Source: an uncultured Bacteroidaceae bacterium | GTDB taxonomy: Bacteria > Bacteroidota > Bacteroidia > Bacteroidales > Bacteroidaceae | Assembly (NCBI GenBank): GCA_964465765.1 | Contig: CAYXLA010000002.1 | Coordinates: 1-33,108 of the forward strand | Direction: 5' to 3' | Length of the DNA: 33,108 bases | Notes under the pieces: generated by a model | What the model saw: the letters and a program-made list of their open reading frames with translations, nothing else | The model's database searches: none | Told to the model about the DNA's origin: nothing | Shown: positions 1 through 8,097 of the stretch, one piece after another | Position numbering within the stretch: position 1 is the first letter of the stretch | Layout: every line of letters begins with the position of its first letter | Made by a program: the position numbers and the translations under genes

Positions 1-172
1 CTGTTGTCGTGCAGGGCTGACTGGCAAGTGCAATGTTACGAATTATTATTGACATGGCCATCGGCTGTAGTGCGGAATCCTTACTGTTTTTCCCGGTCCT
101 TTGCAAATTTGTTCAAAAGCGTTCAATAACTGTTCAATAACCGTTCTAAAACCAGACTAAAAGCCCCCGTTT

Positions 173-352
173 TCGTTCAAAAACTTTCTATTTTTAACGA
201 AACCGTTCTAAAAAACAGTGTTTGCCCCGTGAGGCACCCTAACGATGGGCATTCTTAGGGTCTAAGGATGGGCATTCTATGCACCTAAGGATGCCCATTC
301 AAAGGACCATAGAATGGGCATCCTTGGACCCCAACGATGGGCATTCATAGAA
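173..352. repeat. Dispersed intergenic repeat, copy 1 (copy 2 at 15803-15982), containing five 23-bp quasi-palindromic units
   Basis: 232-344 is identical to 15862-15974. ATG(GG/CC)CAT-containing cores begin at 244, 267, 290, 313 and 336 (exact 23-bp period). Preceded by 10-11-bp GTTCAATAA repeats at 111-150. Confidence 0.95.
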
Positions 353-407
353 AGCCTTTGTCGGGTAATGTAGGGTAGTGACATCAAGATGGCCGACTCT
401 GCCAAAA

Positions 408-499
408 AAGTAAGTACTACTGACTCGGCAAAGTAAGATATACTAACTTGGTCAAGTAAGTACTACTAACTTTGCCAAGTAAGATATACTGGCTTTTTT
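408..499. repeat. 23-bp tandem array, 4 units (AAGTAAG-tac/ata-TACT...)
   Basis: AAGTAAG at 408, 431, 454 and 477, with alternating variants TACTACT/ATATACT. Confidence 0.9.
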
Positions 500-536
500 G
501 GGCAGCCGACGTGAAGCGGAATAGGAATAATCCTAT

Positions 537-544
537 TAACTTTG
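537..544 (+). promoter_or_regulatory. Bacteroidetes -7 promoter element for the ATPase gene
   Basis: TAACTTTG matches TAnnTTTG about 55 nt upstream of the ATG. Confidence 0.6.
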
Positions 545-549
545 CGGTA

Positions 550-577
550 CATGAAACATGAACCATAAAACATGAAC
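550..577. repeat. Heptamer repeat CATRAAM x4
   Basis: catgaaa catgaac cataaaa catgaac. Confidence 0.75.
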
Positions 578-597
578 TGCAAGCAGTGCCCACGTAT

Positions 598-1728
598 ATG
601 AAAAAGATGAAACTTGACAACCCATTCGTTGTGACCGGCTACTTTGGTCCTGAATACTTTTGCGACCGTGAGAGTGAGACTGAAGAACTTGTCTCGGCGA
701 TGAAGAATGGATGGAATGTCACACTCATATCTCCCCGAAGGCTTGGCAAGACTGGTCTCATCAAGCATGCTTTCAACCGTCTCGAGGGCTCATCGGACGT
801 CAAATGCTTTTATGTAGACATATACTCGACCAAGAATCTTTCCGATTTGGTGCAAGCTCTTGCTCATGCCATTGTCGGCAAACTGGATTCTCAGTTGGAG
901 AAGGCTGTGAAGGAAGTCAATAGTGTCTTTGCTGCGTTTCGTCCGACCATGACCCTCGATGCTCATACTGGCCAGCCAACATTCTCTTTCGACATCTCTC
1001 CGCAACAGGCGCAGTTGTCTTTGGAGTCCATCTTTAAGTATATAGGCAGCTATAACGGGAAATGCGTTGTCGCCATTGACGAGTTCCAGCAGGTCGCTGA
1101 ATACCCTGAAGGTGGAACAGAAGGGCTCATACGTTCCTATGTGCAGTTCATGCCGCATGCACGTTTTGTCTTTGCCGGCAGTAAGCAACACATGATGGAG
1201 GAGATGTTTCTTTCGGCTACCCATCCGTTCTATCGCAGTACGCACATAATGAACCTGCGCGAGATAAACGAGGACAAGTATCGTGACTTCGCTAACAGGT
1301 TCTTCGCGGAACAAGGAAGAGAGATTGCTGCAGATGACTTCCACTACTTGTACGCGGCTATCGACGGACAGACCTTCTATGTGCAGGCCATCTTGAACAA
1401 GATATATTCGCATCCACGACAAGGGATAGACAAGGACTTCATACTGCAGTGCACATCTGAGGCTGTGGACGAACAGATTGCTGCTTTCCAATATATATAT
1501 AATTTGCTGACCGAGAATCAGGCGGCGCTTCTGCATGCCATAGCGTGCGAACATGCAGTGAAGGAACCACTGGGTAGGGAATTCAGTCAGAGATACCGTC
1601 TGCCGGCAAAGAGCAGTCTGAGGCTTGCACTCGACTATCTTGTCAAGAACCAGATGGTGTATCGGGACATACAGCGTGGCTACGTCGTTTACGACAGGTT
1701 CATGGGTATGTGGCTTGCATCTCTATGA
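598..1728 (+). CDS. AAA+/archaeal-type (STAND-like) ATPase with C-terminal winged-helix
   Basis: NPF..G..FCDRE N-terminus, Walker A SPRRLGKT, Walker B VVAIDEFQ, C-terminal YVVYDRFM. Start is ATG 598 or 607 rather than GTG 586. Confidence 0.85.
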   Translation: MKKMKLDNPFVVTGYFGPEYFCDRESETEELVSAMKNGWNVTLISPRRLGKTGLIKHAFNRLEGSSDVKCFYVDIYSTKNLSDLVQALAHAIVGKLDSQLEKAVKEVNSVFAAFRPTMTLDAHTGQPTFSFDISPQQAQLSLESIFKYIGSYNGKCVVAIDEFQQVAEYPEGGTEGLIRSYVQFMPHARFVFAGSKQHMMEEMFLSATHPFYRSTHIMNLREINEDKYRDFANRFFAEQGREIAADDFHYLYAAIDGQTFYVQAILNKIYSHPRQGIDKDFILQCTSEAVDEQIAAFQYIYNLLTENQAALLHAIACEHAVKEPLGREFSQRYRLPAKSSLRLALDYLVKNQMVYRDIQRGYVVYDRFMGMWLASL

Positions 1729-1829
1729 TGGTATAAGTGCGAATATCCGGCAAAGACGCCTATAAACAGCAATGGTCTGCAATGATGCAGACCATTACTA
1801 TTATAGAGGTGTTCCGCTGAGGAACTATT

Positions 1830-2411
1830 CTACTTAATCTCCGACGTCCACTGCTGTATTTCGTCGTTGCTGGTGCTTGTGCGCAGGCGCTTGCCTGTCT
1901 GCCACTGAATGTTAGGGTATGACTTCTTGAGGTCGGAAACGGAGTTCTCAATGCCGCTACCGCCCGATGTGGCAAATGGTACCACCTTCTTTCCGCTGAG
2001 GTCGTTGTTGTCGAGGAACGTCTTGATGAGCTGCGGTGCAAGGTTCCACCAGATGGGGTAGCCCAGATAGATGACGTCGTAGTCGGCAAGATTGCTTATC
2101 GTGGTCTTCAGTGCCGGACGTATCGACGGGTCGTTGTGCTCCTTGTTGCAACGGCTGTTGCTGTCATTCCAGTCAAGGTCTGCGCTGGTATAAGCCTGCT
2201 CGGGCTCCAACCTCACAAGGTCAGCATTGAGCAACGATGCCAACTTCTCTGCAACACTCTTCGTTGTACCTGAGAAGGAGACGTAGGTGACGAGTGTCTT
2301 CTGTGCCTGAACATTTGTGGGTGCCGGTTCTGTGGCTTTTGCTGTCTGCTGTCCGCACGAACACATTGCCGCAGCAATGAGCGACAGCACTAATGTCTTG
2401 AGATTCTTCAT
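1830..2411 (-). CDS. Flavodoxin-family lipoprotein
   Basis: Lipobox-like AAMCSC; YVSFSGTT, LGYPIWW and PFATSGGSG flavodoxin motifs. Confidence 0.9.
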   Translation of the reverse strand: MKNLKTLVLSLIAAAMCSCGQQTAKATEPAPTNVQAQKTLVTYVSFSGTTKSVAEKLASLLNADLVRLEPEQAYTSADLDWNDSNSRCNKEHNDPSIRPALKTTISNLADYDVIYLGYPIWWNLAPQLIKTFLDNNDLSGKKVVPFATSGGSGIENSVSDLKKSYPNIQWQTGKRLRTSTSNDEIQQWTSEIK

Positions 2412-2457
2412 GTCTGTATCCTTTCGTTTTTGGTTTGTGTGATGATTCTTGCTCTAC

Positions 2458-2495
2458 AAAAATAGCCGCACTACCTATTACGGCATGCGGCTATT
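2458..2495 (-). terminator. Probable intrinsic terminator downstream of the nitroreductase
   Basis: Stem AATAGCCGCA (2461-2470) / TGCGGCTATT (2486-2495) with a minus-strand U-run. It overlaps a TATTTTTG -7-like box upstream of the flavodoxin gene. Confidence 0.6.
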
Positions 2496-2536
2496 GTGAT
2501 GAAAGGGAAAAATCGTGCGTCGAAAGCGAAACGGCG

Positions 2537-3046
2537 CTATAGCTCTTCGGCAATATCGCTGAGGCTCTTGCGCTTCTTCTCTGGCTGTGGACAGTCGGCT
2601 GCTACATGTCCCACGGGAATAAGTGCCACCGCCTCATAGCCATCGACAGGGAACAGCCGCTTCACTGCTTCTACATCGAAGTTGCATACCCAACATGTTC
2701 CCAACCCACGGTCGGCAGCAGCGAGCACAAGATGCTCCACGGCTATGCCGAGGTCTATGTCTCCGTGCGGCTTACCGTCTGAAGGACGTACCCACTGTGT
2801 ACTGACATCCTTCAGTGCGATGACATACATAGGTGCACTGGCAAACCACTGGCGCTCGTAACACTGGCGTATCTTCTGCTTTGCCTCGTCTGATGTCACG
2901 ATGAGAAACTTCCATGGTTGATAGTTCACTGCCGATGGTGCCAGACGCACACACTCCATGATGTATTCCATGTCTGCCTTGCTGACCGGTTCGTTTGTGT
3001 ACTTGCGTGCCGAGAACCGTCTCGTTGCCAAATCCTTAAAGTCCAT
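2537..3046 (-). CDS. Nitroreductase family protein
   Basis: RFSARKY, LAPSAVNYQPWKF and GLGTCWV motifs. Confidence 0.93.
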   Translation of the reverse strand: MDFKDLATRRFSARKYTNEPVSKADMEYIMECVRLAPSAVNYQPWKFLIVTSDEAKQKIRQCYERQWFASAPMYVIALKDVSTQWVRPSDGKPHGDIDLGIAVEHLVLAAADRGLGTCWVCNFDVEAVKRLFPVDGYEAVALIPVGHVAADCPQPEKKRKSLSDIAEEL

Positions 3047-3161
3047 AAGTCTGTAGTTTACTCCTTATTATATAATAGGTGGGCCCTAAAATAAGAAACC
3101 CACCTATAGCTGTTTAACCATTCCTTGCCGACTATTCCCATTGATGTGTCTCCTTGTGGAA

Positions 3162-3365
3162 TCACGCTGCAAGGAAATACTGGTGTCCGTTCTCCTCAAG
3201 CATGTAGATTCTGTTCTCCTTTGCCAGCCACCCTATGGCGTATGCCAGCTCAGTGGCTTGCAGCTCAAGTCGTGTTATCAGGTCGATGAATGTCATCCGC
3301 TGTGCGGCCTTCTTCAGCGTACTCCAAACAAGTCGTGCATTCTTGGCTATCTTCTCGGTATTCAT
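3162..3365 (-). CDS. Small winged helix-turn-helix protein (DUF2582-like)
   Basis: 67 aa; KIAKNARLVW...LAYAIGWLAKENRI resembles the Bacteroidetes DUF2582 signature. Confidence 0.8.
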   Translation of the reverse strand: MNTEKIAKNARLVWSTLKKAAQRMTFIDLITRLELQATELAYAIGWLAKENRIYMLEENGHQYFLAA

Positions 3366-3578
3366 AAGTCCATTCCTCCTCTTCTTGTCGATTGTGTTCT
3401 TCAGTGCAAGACCATTCGTTGTGAATAGTTTTACGGTTTAAATGTAATACGATTTTAATCAACGTGCAAGCAAACGACCGACTATTTTGCTGTATCTGAA
3501 GAATGTTTAACTTTTGCGGACATACACGACACTTATTTAAACACTTGCTTCATAATATTTAAGACACCGTGTCACTCT

Positions 3579-3706
3579 CATGTCCTTCATGAATGTACCT
3601 CTCCGAGGCACAGTAGGGGGATGTACTTTACCCCAGACTGCAGTCGCTGCGCTCCCTTAGTCTGGGGTTAGGCATAATTGTGTCTCTCCGAGACACCACG
3701 GCAGGA
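3579..3706 (+). repeat. Three-hairpin REP/MITE-like element, copy 1
   Basis: 128 bp, identical to 3848-3976 except for one G in the G-run. Hairpins GTACCTC-TCC-GAGGCAC, ACCCCAGACT..AGTCTGGGGT and GTGTCTC-TCC-GAGACAC. Confidence 0.92.
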
Positions 3707-3847
3707 TGCTTACTCCTTGTAGAAGAGCAATATCGGCAAGGATTCCACACATATAGGATATGTTGCGACTCAGTAGAAAATAGGTGGGGATAAACGAATA
3801 TGGCAGATAGGTATATGCAGCCACAATACTATGTGTTCATGTATTTC

Positions 3848-3980
3848 CATGTCCTTCATGAATGTACCTCTCCGAGGCACAGTAGGGGGGATGTACTTTA
3901 CCCCAGACTGCAGTCGCTGCGCTCCCTTAGTCTGGGGTTAGGCATAATTGTGTCTCTCCGAGACACCACGGCAGGACATG
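3848..3980 (+). repeat. Three-hairpin REP/MITE-like element, copy 2
   Basis: Direct repeat of copy 1; ends form an 8-bp inverted repeat CATGTCCT / AGGACATG. Confidence 0.92.
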
Positions 3981-3981
3981 A

Positions 3982-4016
3982 ACGTGAAGCGTTAAGCGTG
4001 TTGCGTGAAGCGTGAT
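3982..4016. repeat. Heptamer repeat GCGTGAA-type x5
   Basis: acgtgaa gcgttaa gcgtgtt gcgtgaa gcgtgat; same family at 7971 and 25508. Confidence 0.85.
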
Positions 4017-4032
4017 ATGGTTTGAGAAGTGG

Positions 4033-4111
4033 AAGCCTCACCTATATCCTCCCCTAAAGGGAAGGACTTAAATACCCCCTTTCCCTTCAGGGAAGGGTCG
4101 GGGATAGGCTT
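4033..4111. repeat. Second REP-like branched palindrome
   Basis: Outer AAGCCT/AGGCTT enclosing hairpins TCCTCCCC-TAAA-GGGAAGGA and TTCCCT-TC-AGGGAA. Confidence 0.6.
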
Positions 4112-4127
4112 TATGTTATTGAGAGGA

Positions 4128-4240
4128 CGTGCAGCCTCGGAGAGGCTGAATTATGCATAACCCCAGCCTAAGCGTAGCGCAGACTGGGGTAAGCACGGAT
4201 GCAATTTATTGTGCCTCGAAGAGGTACTTACATATAGGAC
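4128..4240 (-). repeat. Three-hairpin element, diverged inverted copy 3
   Basis: Reverse complement reads GTACCTCTTCGAGGCAC..TACCCCAG..CTGGGGTTATGCATAATT-CAGCCTCTCCGAGGCTG; same three stems with substitutions that preserve pairing. Confidence 0.85.
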
Positions 4241-4286
4241 TGGGGAATATCAACACGGTCGTTCTACCGTGCCTTCCCGTCAGCAC

Positions 4287-6629
4287 TTAGAACTTATAGT
4301 ACAGGCTGGCGAGCACGTTGCGTCCACGCAGCTTGTAGCTGAGGTGTGTCGACGTCAGGTCGTCGCTCGAGATGCCTGTATAGGTATAGTCGCGCTGGTT
4401 CAGCAGATTGGTGACGTAGACAATAGCCTGCAGACTCTTCGTGATCTGATACTCCACCTTGGCATCGGCAAGGAACAAGTCTTGCGACTTCATGCCCGAA
4501 CCGTCGGCATGATAGTGCTTGCCATACAGACTGAAGTTGAGCTTGTCGGTCGGGTTGAGCAACACCTCGAGGTTGTGGTTATAGCGGTTGGACTTATACT
4601 TGGTGTCTGCCACCTTCATCCATGTGGTGTAGGTCTCCAGCTCATACTCCACCTTCATCCACGATGTCAGACGGCCGTTGATGGAAGGCTTAACCGACAA
4701 CGCCTTGGTGTTGTACTTCACGTTGGCATTGTTGCGTATCATCTCCATGTCGGTATTGGTCACTCCGACCCACAGTCCGACATTACCCTTCAGTGCGCTG
4801 ATGCCCTTTGTGGCAGATACATGTCCGTAGGTGTACTTGGTCTTTGAGTCCTGCGGAGTGGTGCCACGCAGCACGAAGTCGCCTACAAAGCGGTCGGTGG
4901 TGCGGTATTTGGACTTGCCGTCGCTGTAGCCCACCTGTCCGCCGACGAACAGTGATGCACTTGGCAGCTTGTAGTCGTAGCCCAACTCGATGGTGCTCGT
5001 ATTGTCGAGGTCGTAGTTCAGCGCACCGTAACGGATGTAGCGGTAGTTTGTCAGGATGTTGCCAGTGTAGAAGTTGCCTGCATTAACCTGGTCGTACTCC
5101 TTGTTGCCTTCCAGTCGCATGGAGAAGTTGTCGCTGAACTTATACTTCAGACTGAAGGTAGGTTCGAAGTTAGTGATGTTCTTGCTCGACTTCTCGCCAG
5201 TCATCCACTCCTTGAAGTTATAGTGGTAGTACTTCACAGGCATGCCTATCATCATCTGGAAGCGGTCGCTGACGAAGTTGGCTGTTGGCTGCACGAAGCC
5301 CTCAAGGAAGGTGAAGCGCGAGTCATTGTCGGTCGTGCGGAAGTCGGGCTCTTCTGGCACACTGACACCTGTCAGCTCTGTGTTGAGCGAACGGCTCAGT
5401 GCATCGAAGCCACCAATGAGCGACACCGTCCATTTGTTCTTGGTGTAGCCAAACGACACCTTAGTGTCCGAGAAGAAAGCATGCGAGCTGATGTCCTGAT
5501 GCTGTGCGTTGCCTTCGCGTGCAATGTTTATCTTCTGCGGTATGGCAGAGAACTGGTTCTGCGAGAACACCGTCAGGTTCCAGTTGCCGATAGGCATGAG
5601 GAAGCGGAAGTCATCCTTCGCGGTTATGGATGTCAGCTTGCCTGCCTGATTGTTAGGGTAGGTGCCCGTCAGGTTCATGTCGATGTCCTGCCAGCTGCCG
5701 TTGGCATAGATATGGTTCACGAGATAGTACTTGTCGTTGTTCGATATCAGCGCGATGTTGGTCTTTGCCTGATGGTTGCGGCGCGATGCATACTCGTTGG
5801 TGATGTCGTTGACAGCCGATCCGTCCTGCATGAAGTAACTGGTCGTTGTAGTGCTCTCGGTGTGATATTTGTCGAACAGATACGACAGCTGTGTGTAGAG
5901 CTGGTACTTGTTGCCCAGCTTGAACGTGTTCACGGTGTTGAACATGAAGCTGTCGTTGAAGCGTGTACGCTTCGTATTGATGTCGGTTGTTGTTGGGTCG
6001 ATGCTGATGTAGTCCGACAGCGAGAAGTAGTTCACCTCAATGCCAATGTCGTTTGTTTGGAACGATGAGATGGAACCACTCAGGTCCTCACCTGTGTTGT
6101 TGGCCTTGACATTAAACATATTCGTTCCCTTGTCGCTCAGGCGAATGGCATAGAGGTCGCCATCGTAGGTGAAGGGGCTTGCTCCGATGCCACCTCTTGC
6201 CGTACCGCTCCACTTCGAACCATCCGACTTCAGAATGATGTTCATGGCTACGCTTGCGCTGTACTGCTTGCCGCGAAGCACCTCTACAGGTTGGAAGTTC
6301 TCGATGAACTCCACCTTCTCCACCTCTTCGGGCTTGATGCCTGCCACTACCTTGAAGCTGCTCCAGGTGTCAGAGCCGTTGACGTAGATCTTGTCTATCG
6401 ACATCTGGTTGTAGGTCAGGCCGTAGTCGTCGGAATCTATTCCCGGCATCTTGCCGAGTACGTCTTCGAGTGTCTTGTCGCGTACGTCGGTGAAGCTGGC
6501 GACGTCTATCGCTACCGTGTGTCCCAGTTCTCCTTCGTAGGTTGTAACCATGTCTTGTGCCTGCACGTTGGCTGTCGCCATTGCCATCAGTGCAAATAGT
6601 GCCAGGCTGAGATGTTTCCGTCTATTCAT
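4287..6629 (-). CDS. Outer-membrane beta-barrel, TonB-dependent receptor-like
   Basis: Signal peptide, plug-like DKTLEDVLGKMPGI and VEKVEFIEN, amphipathic strands, NLLNQ, C-terminal YKF. Confidence 0.85.
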   Translation of the reverse strand: MNRRKHLSLALFALMAMATANVQAQDMVTTYEGELGHTVAIDVASFTDVRDKTLEDVLGKMPGIDSDDYGLTYNQMSIDKIYVNGSDTWSSFKVVAGIKPEEVEKVEFIENFQPVEVLRGKQYSASVAMNIILKSDGSKWSGTARGGIGASPFTYDGDLYAIRLSDKGTNMFNVKANNTGEDLSGSISSFQTNDIGIEVNYFSLSDYISIDPTTTDINTKRTRFNDSFMFNTVNTFKLGNKYQLYTQLSYLFDKYHTESTTTTSYFMQDGSAVNDITNEYASRRNHQAKTNIALISNNDKYYLVNHIYANGSWQDIDMNLTGTYPNNQAGKLTSITAKDDFRFLMPIGNWNLTVFSQNQFSAIPQKINIAREGNAQHQDISSHAFFSDTKVSFGYTKNKWTVSLIGGFDALSRSLNTELTGVSVPEEPDFRTTDNDSRFTFLEGFVQPTANFVSDRFQMMIGMPVKYYHYNFKEWMTGEKSSKNITNFEPTFSLKYKFSDNFSMRLEGNKEYDQVNAGNFYTGNILTNYRYIRYGALNYDLDNTSTIELGYDYKLPSASLFVGGQVGYSDGKSKYRTTDRFVGDFVLRGTTPQDSKTKYTYGHVSATKGISALKGNVGLWVGVTNTDMEMIRNNANVKYNTKALSVKPSINGRLTSWMKVEYELETYTTWMKVADTKYKSNRYNHNLEVLLNPTDKLNFSLYGKHYHADGSGMKSQDLFLADAKVEYQITKSLQAIVYVTNLLNQRDYTYTGISSDDLTSTHLSYKLRGRNVLASLYYKF

Positions 6630-6673
6630 AACAGAATGAGTTTTTATAATAGGTTAGATTTTAAGCATACATT

Positions 6674-6758
6674 ATAACAAAGGTAAGTAAACCTCATAAC
6701 AAAGGTACGAAAACCTCATGAGCAAATGTAGAACTTTGTTGGTAAAGGTACCGATAAC
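6674..6758. repeat. About 22-bp tandem array upstream of the beta-barrel gene, with -7-like boxes on the minus strand
   Basis: ATAACAAAGGTA at 6674 and 6696 plus two degenerate units; minus-strand TACCTTTG at 6678-6685 and 6700-6707, TACATTTG at 6723-6730. Confidence 0.7.
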
Positions 6759-6920
6759 CGACCATGAAGCCGAAGTTGCCGTGCTAAACGGCATAAACTT
6801 GCACTTTATGACGAAACTTCATGCTTTAAGGCGAACACCCCTGTCGGTGCAAGGACTGTCACCGCGTGCACCTTGAAACAAAAAAAGAAGAGCGCTACGC
6901 TTCACGTGCTGAGAAATTCC

Positions 6921-6928
6921 TACCTTTG
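6921..6928 (+). promoter_or_regulatory. -7 promoter element for prs
   Basis: TACCTTTG(CA) 42 nt upstream of the ATG, followed by an AT-rich leader. Confidence 0.65.
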
Positions 6929-6970
6929 CAGAAATTTAATCCCATAGACAACATCATTTAATTTTAAGAA

Positions 6971-7909
6971 ATGAGTCAACAAGCACCATTCATGGTTTTC
7001 TCAGGCACGAACTCACGATATCTTGCCGAGAAGATCTGCGCTCATCTTAACTGTCCGCTCGGCAACATGAACATAGCTCACTTTGCCGACGGTGAGTTTG
7101 CAGTGTCCTACGAAGAGTCCATCCGTGGCTCTGTGGTATTCTTAGTGCAGTCCACCTTCCCCAACTCCGACAACCTCATGGAGCTGCTGCTTATGGTCGA
7201 TGCAGCAAAGCGTGCATCGGCAAAGAGCATTGTGGCTGTAATACCTTACTTTGGCTGGGCACGTCAGGACCGCAAGGACAAGCCACGTGTGTCCATAGGA
7301 GCCAAGCTCGTTGCCGACCTGCTGTCGGTTGCCGGCATTGACCGCCTCATAACCATGGACTTGCATGCCGACCAGATTCAGGGCTTCTTCGACATCCCTG
7401 TCGATCACCTCTATGCTTCGTCGGTATTCCTGCCCTACATCCAGAGCCTCAACATGGACCAGCTCGTTATTGCAACACCCGATGTCGGCGGTTCTAAGCG
7501 TGCAAGCAACTACTCCAAGTACCTGCATGTGCCATTGGTGCTCTGCAACAAGACACGCGAGAAGGCCAACGTCGTTGCATCTATGCAGATCATCGGTGAC
7601 GTTAAGGACAAGGATGTGATACTTATAGACGATATCGTCGACACTGCCGGCACCATTACCACAGCAGCCAACCTGATGATGGAGAACGGTGCACGCTCGG
7701 TACGTGCCATAGCCAGCCACGGTGTGATGTCCGACCCTGCTTCGTTCCGCATACAGGAGTCACAGCTGCAGGAGATGGTCTTCACCGACAGCATCCCTTA
7801 CACCAAGAAGTGCGCTAAGGTGAAGCAGCTGAGCATCGCAGGCATCTTTGCCGAGACAATACGCCGCGTGATGAACAACGAATCCATCAGCTCGCAGTAC
7901 CTCGTCTAA
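6971..7909 (+). CDS. prs: Ribose-phosphate pyrophosphokinase
   Basis: FADGE, PYFGWARQDRK, DLHADQIQGFF and IDDIVDTAGT motifs. Confidence 0.98.
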   Translation: MSQQAPFMVFSGTNSRYLAEKICAHLNCPLGNMNIAHFADGEFAVSYEESIRGSVVFLVQSTFPNSDNLMELLLMVDAAKRASAKSIVAVIPYFGWARQDRKDKPRVSIGAKLVADLLSVAGIDRLITMDLHADQIQGFFDIPVDHLYASSVFLPYIQSLNMDQLVIATPDVGGSKRASNYSKYLHVPLVLCNKTREKANVVASMQIIGDVKDKDVILIDDIVDTAGTITTAANLMMENGARSVRAIASHGVMSDPASFRIQESQLQEMVFTDSIPYTKKCAKVKQLSIAGIFAETIRRVMNNESISSQYLV

Positions 7910-7937
7910 GCAATAGACAACACACTACAAAGATAAC

Positions 7938-7970
7938 AGGGGCTTGCTCTTACGAGGGCAGGCCCTTTTT
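7938..7970 (+). terminator. Intrinsic terminator after prs
   Basis: GGGCTTGCTCT / AGGGCAGGCCC stem followed by TTTTT. Confidence 0.85.
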
Positions 7971-7998
7971 GCGTGAAGCGTGATGCGTGTTGCGTTTC
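7971..7998. repeat. Heptamer repeat GCGTGAA-type x4
   Basis: gcgtgaa gcgtgat gcgtgtt gcgtttc. Confidence 0.8.
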
Positions 7999-8002
7999 AG
8001 TG

Positions 8003-8097
8003 AAACGTACGAACCTTTCAGCCAAAACGTACGAACCTTTCAGTCAAAACGTACGAACCTTTCAGCCAAAACGTACGAACCTTTCGGTCGAGACGTA
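8003..8097. repeat. 22-bp tandem array, 4+ units (AAACGTACGAACCTTTCAGCCA)
   Basis: CGTACGAACCTTTC at 8006, 8028, 8050 and 8072. Confidence 0.95.

Noticed and set aside
1..61. Possible gene start on the minus strand running off the window (MAMSIIIRNIALASQ...)
   Set aside because: Only 20 codons are visible, with no motif or clear promoter.
3075..3107. Hairpin ATAGGTGGG / CCCACCTAT downstream of the wHTH gene
   Set aside because: Large loop and no clear U-tract; cannot be called a terminator with confidence.
3800..4015. 71-aa ORF across the hairpin element
   Set aside because: Lies mostly within the repeat and depends on the G-run length; no other coding support.
6760..6836. Degenerate AAACTT/AAGTT repeats and a GCCGT/ACGGC hairpin
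   Set aside because: Irregular spacing and low identity; may be a decayed array but cannot be supported.
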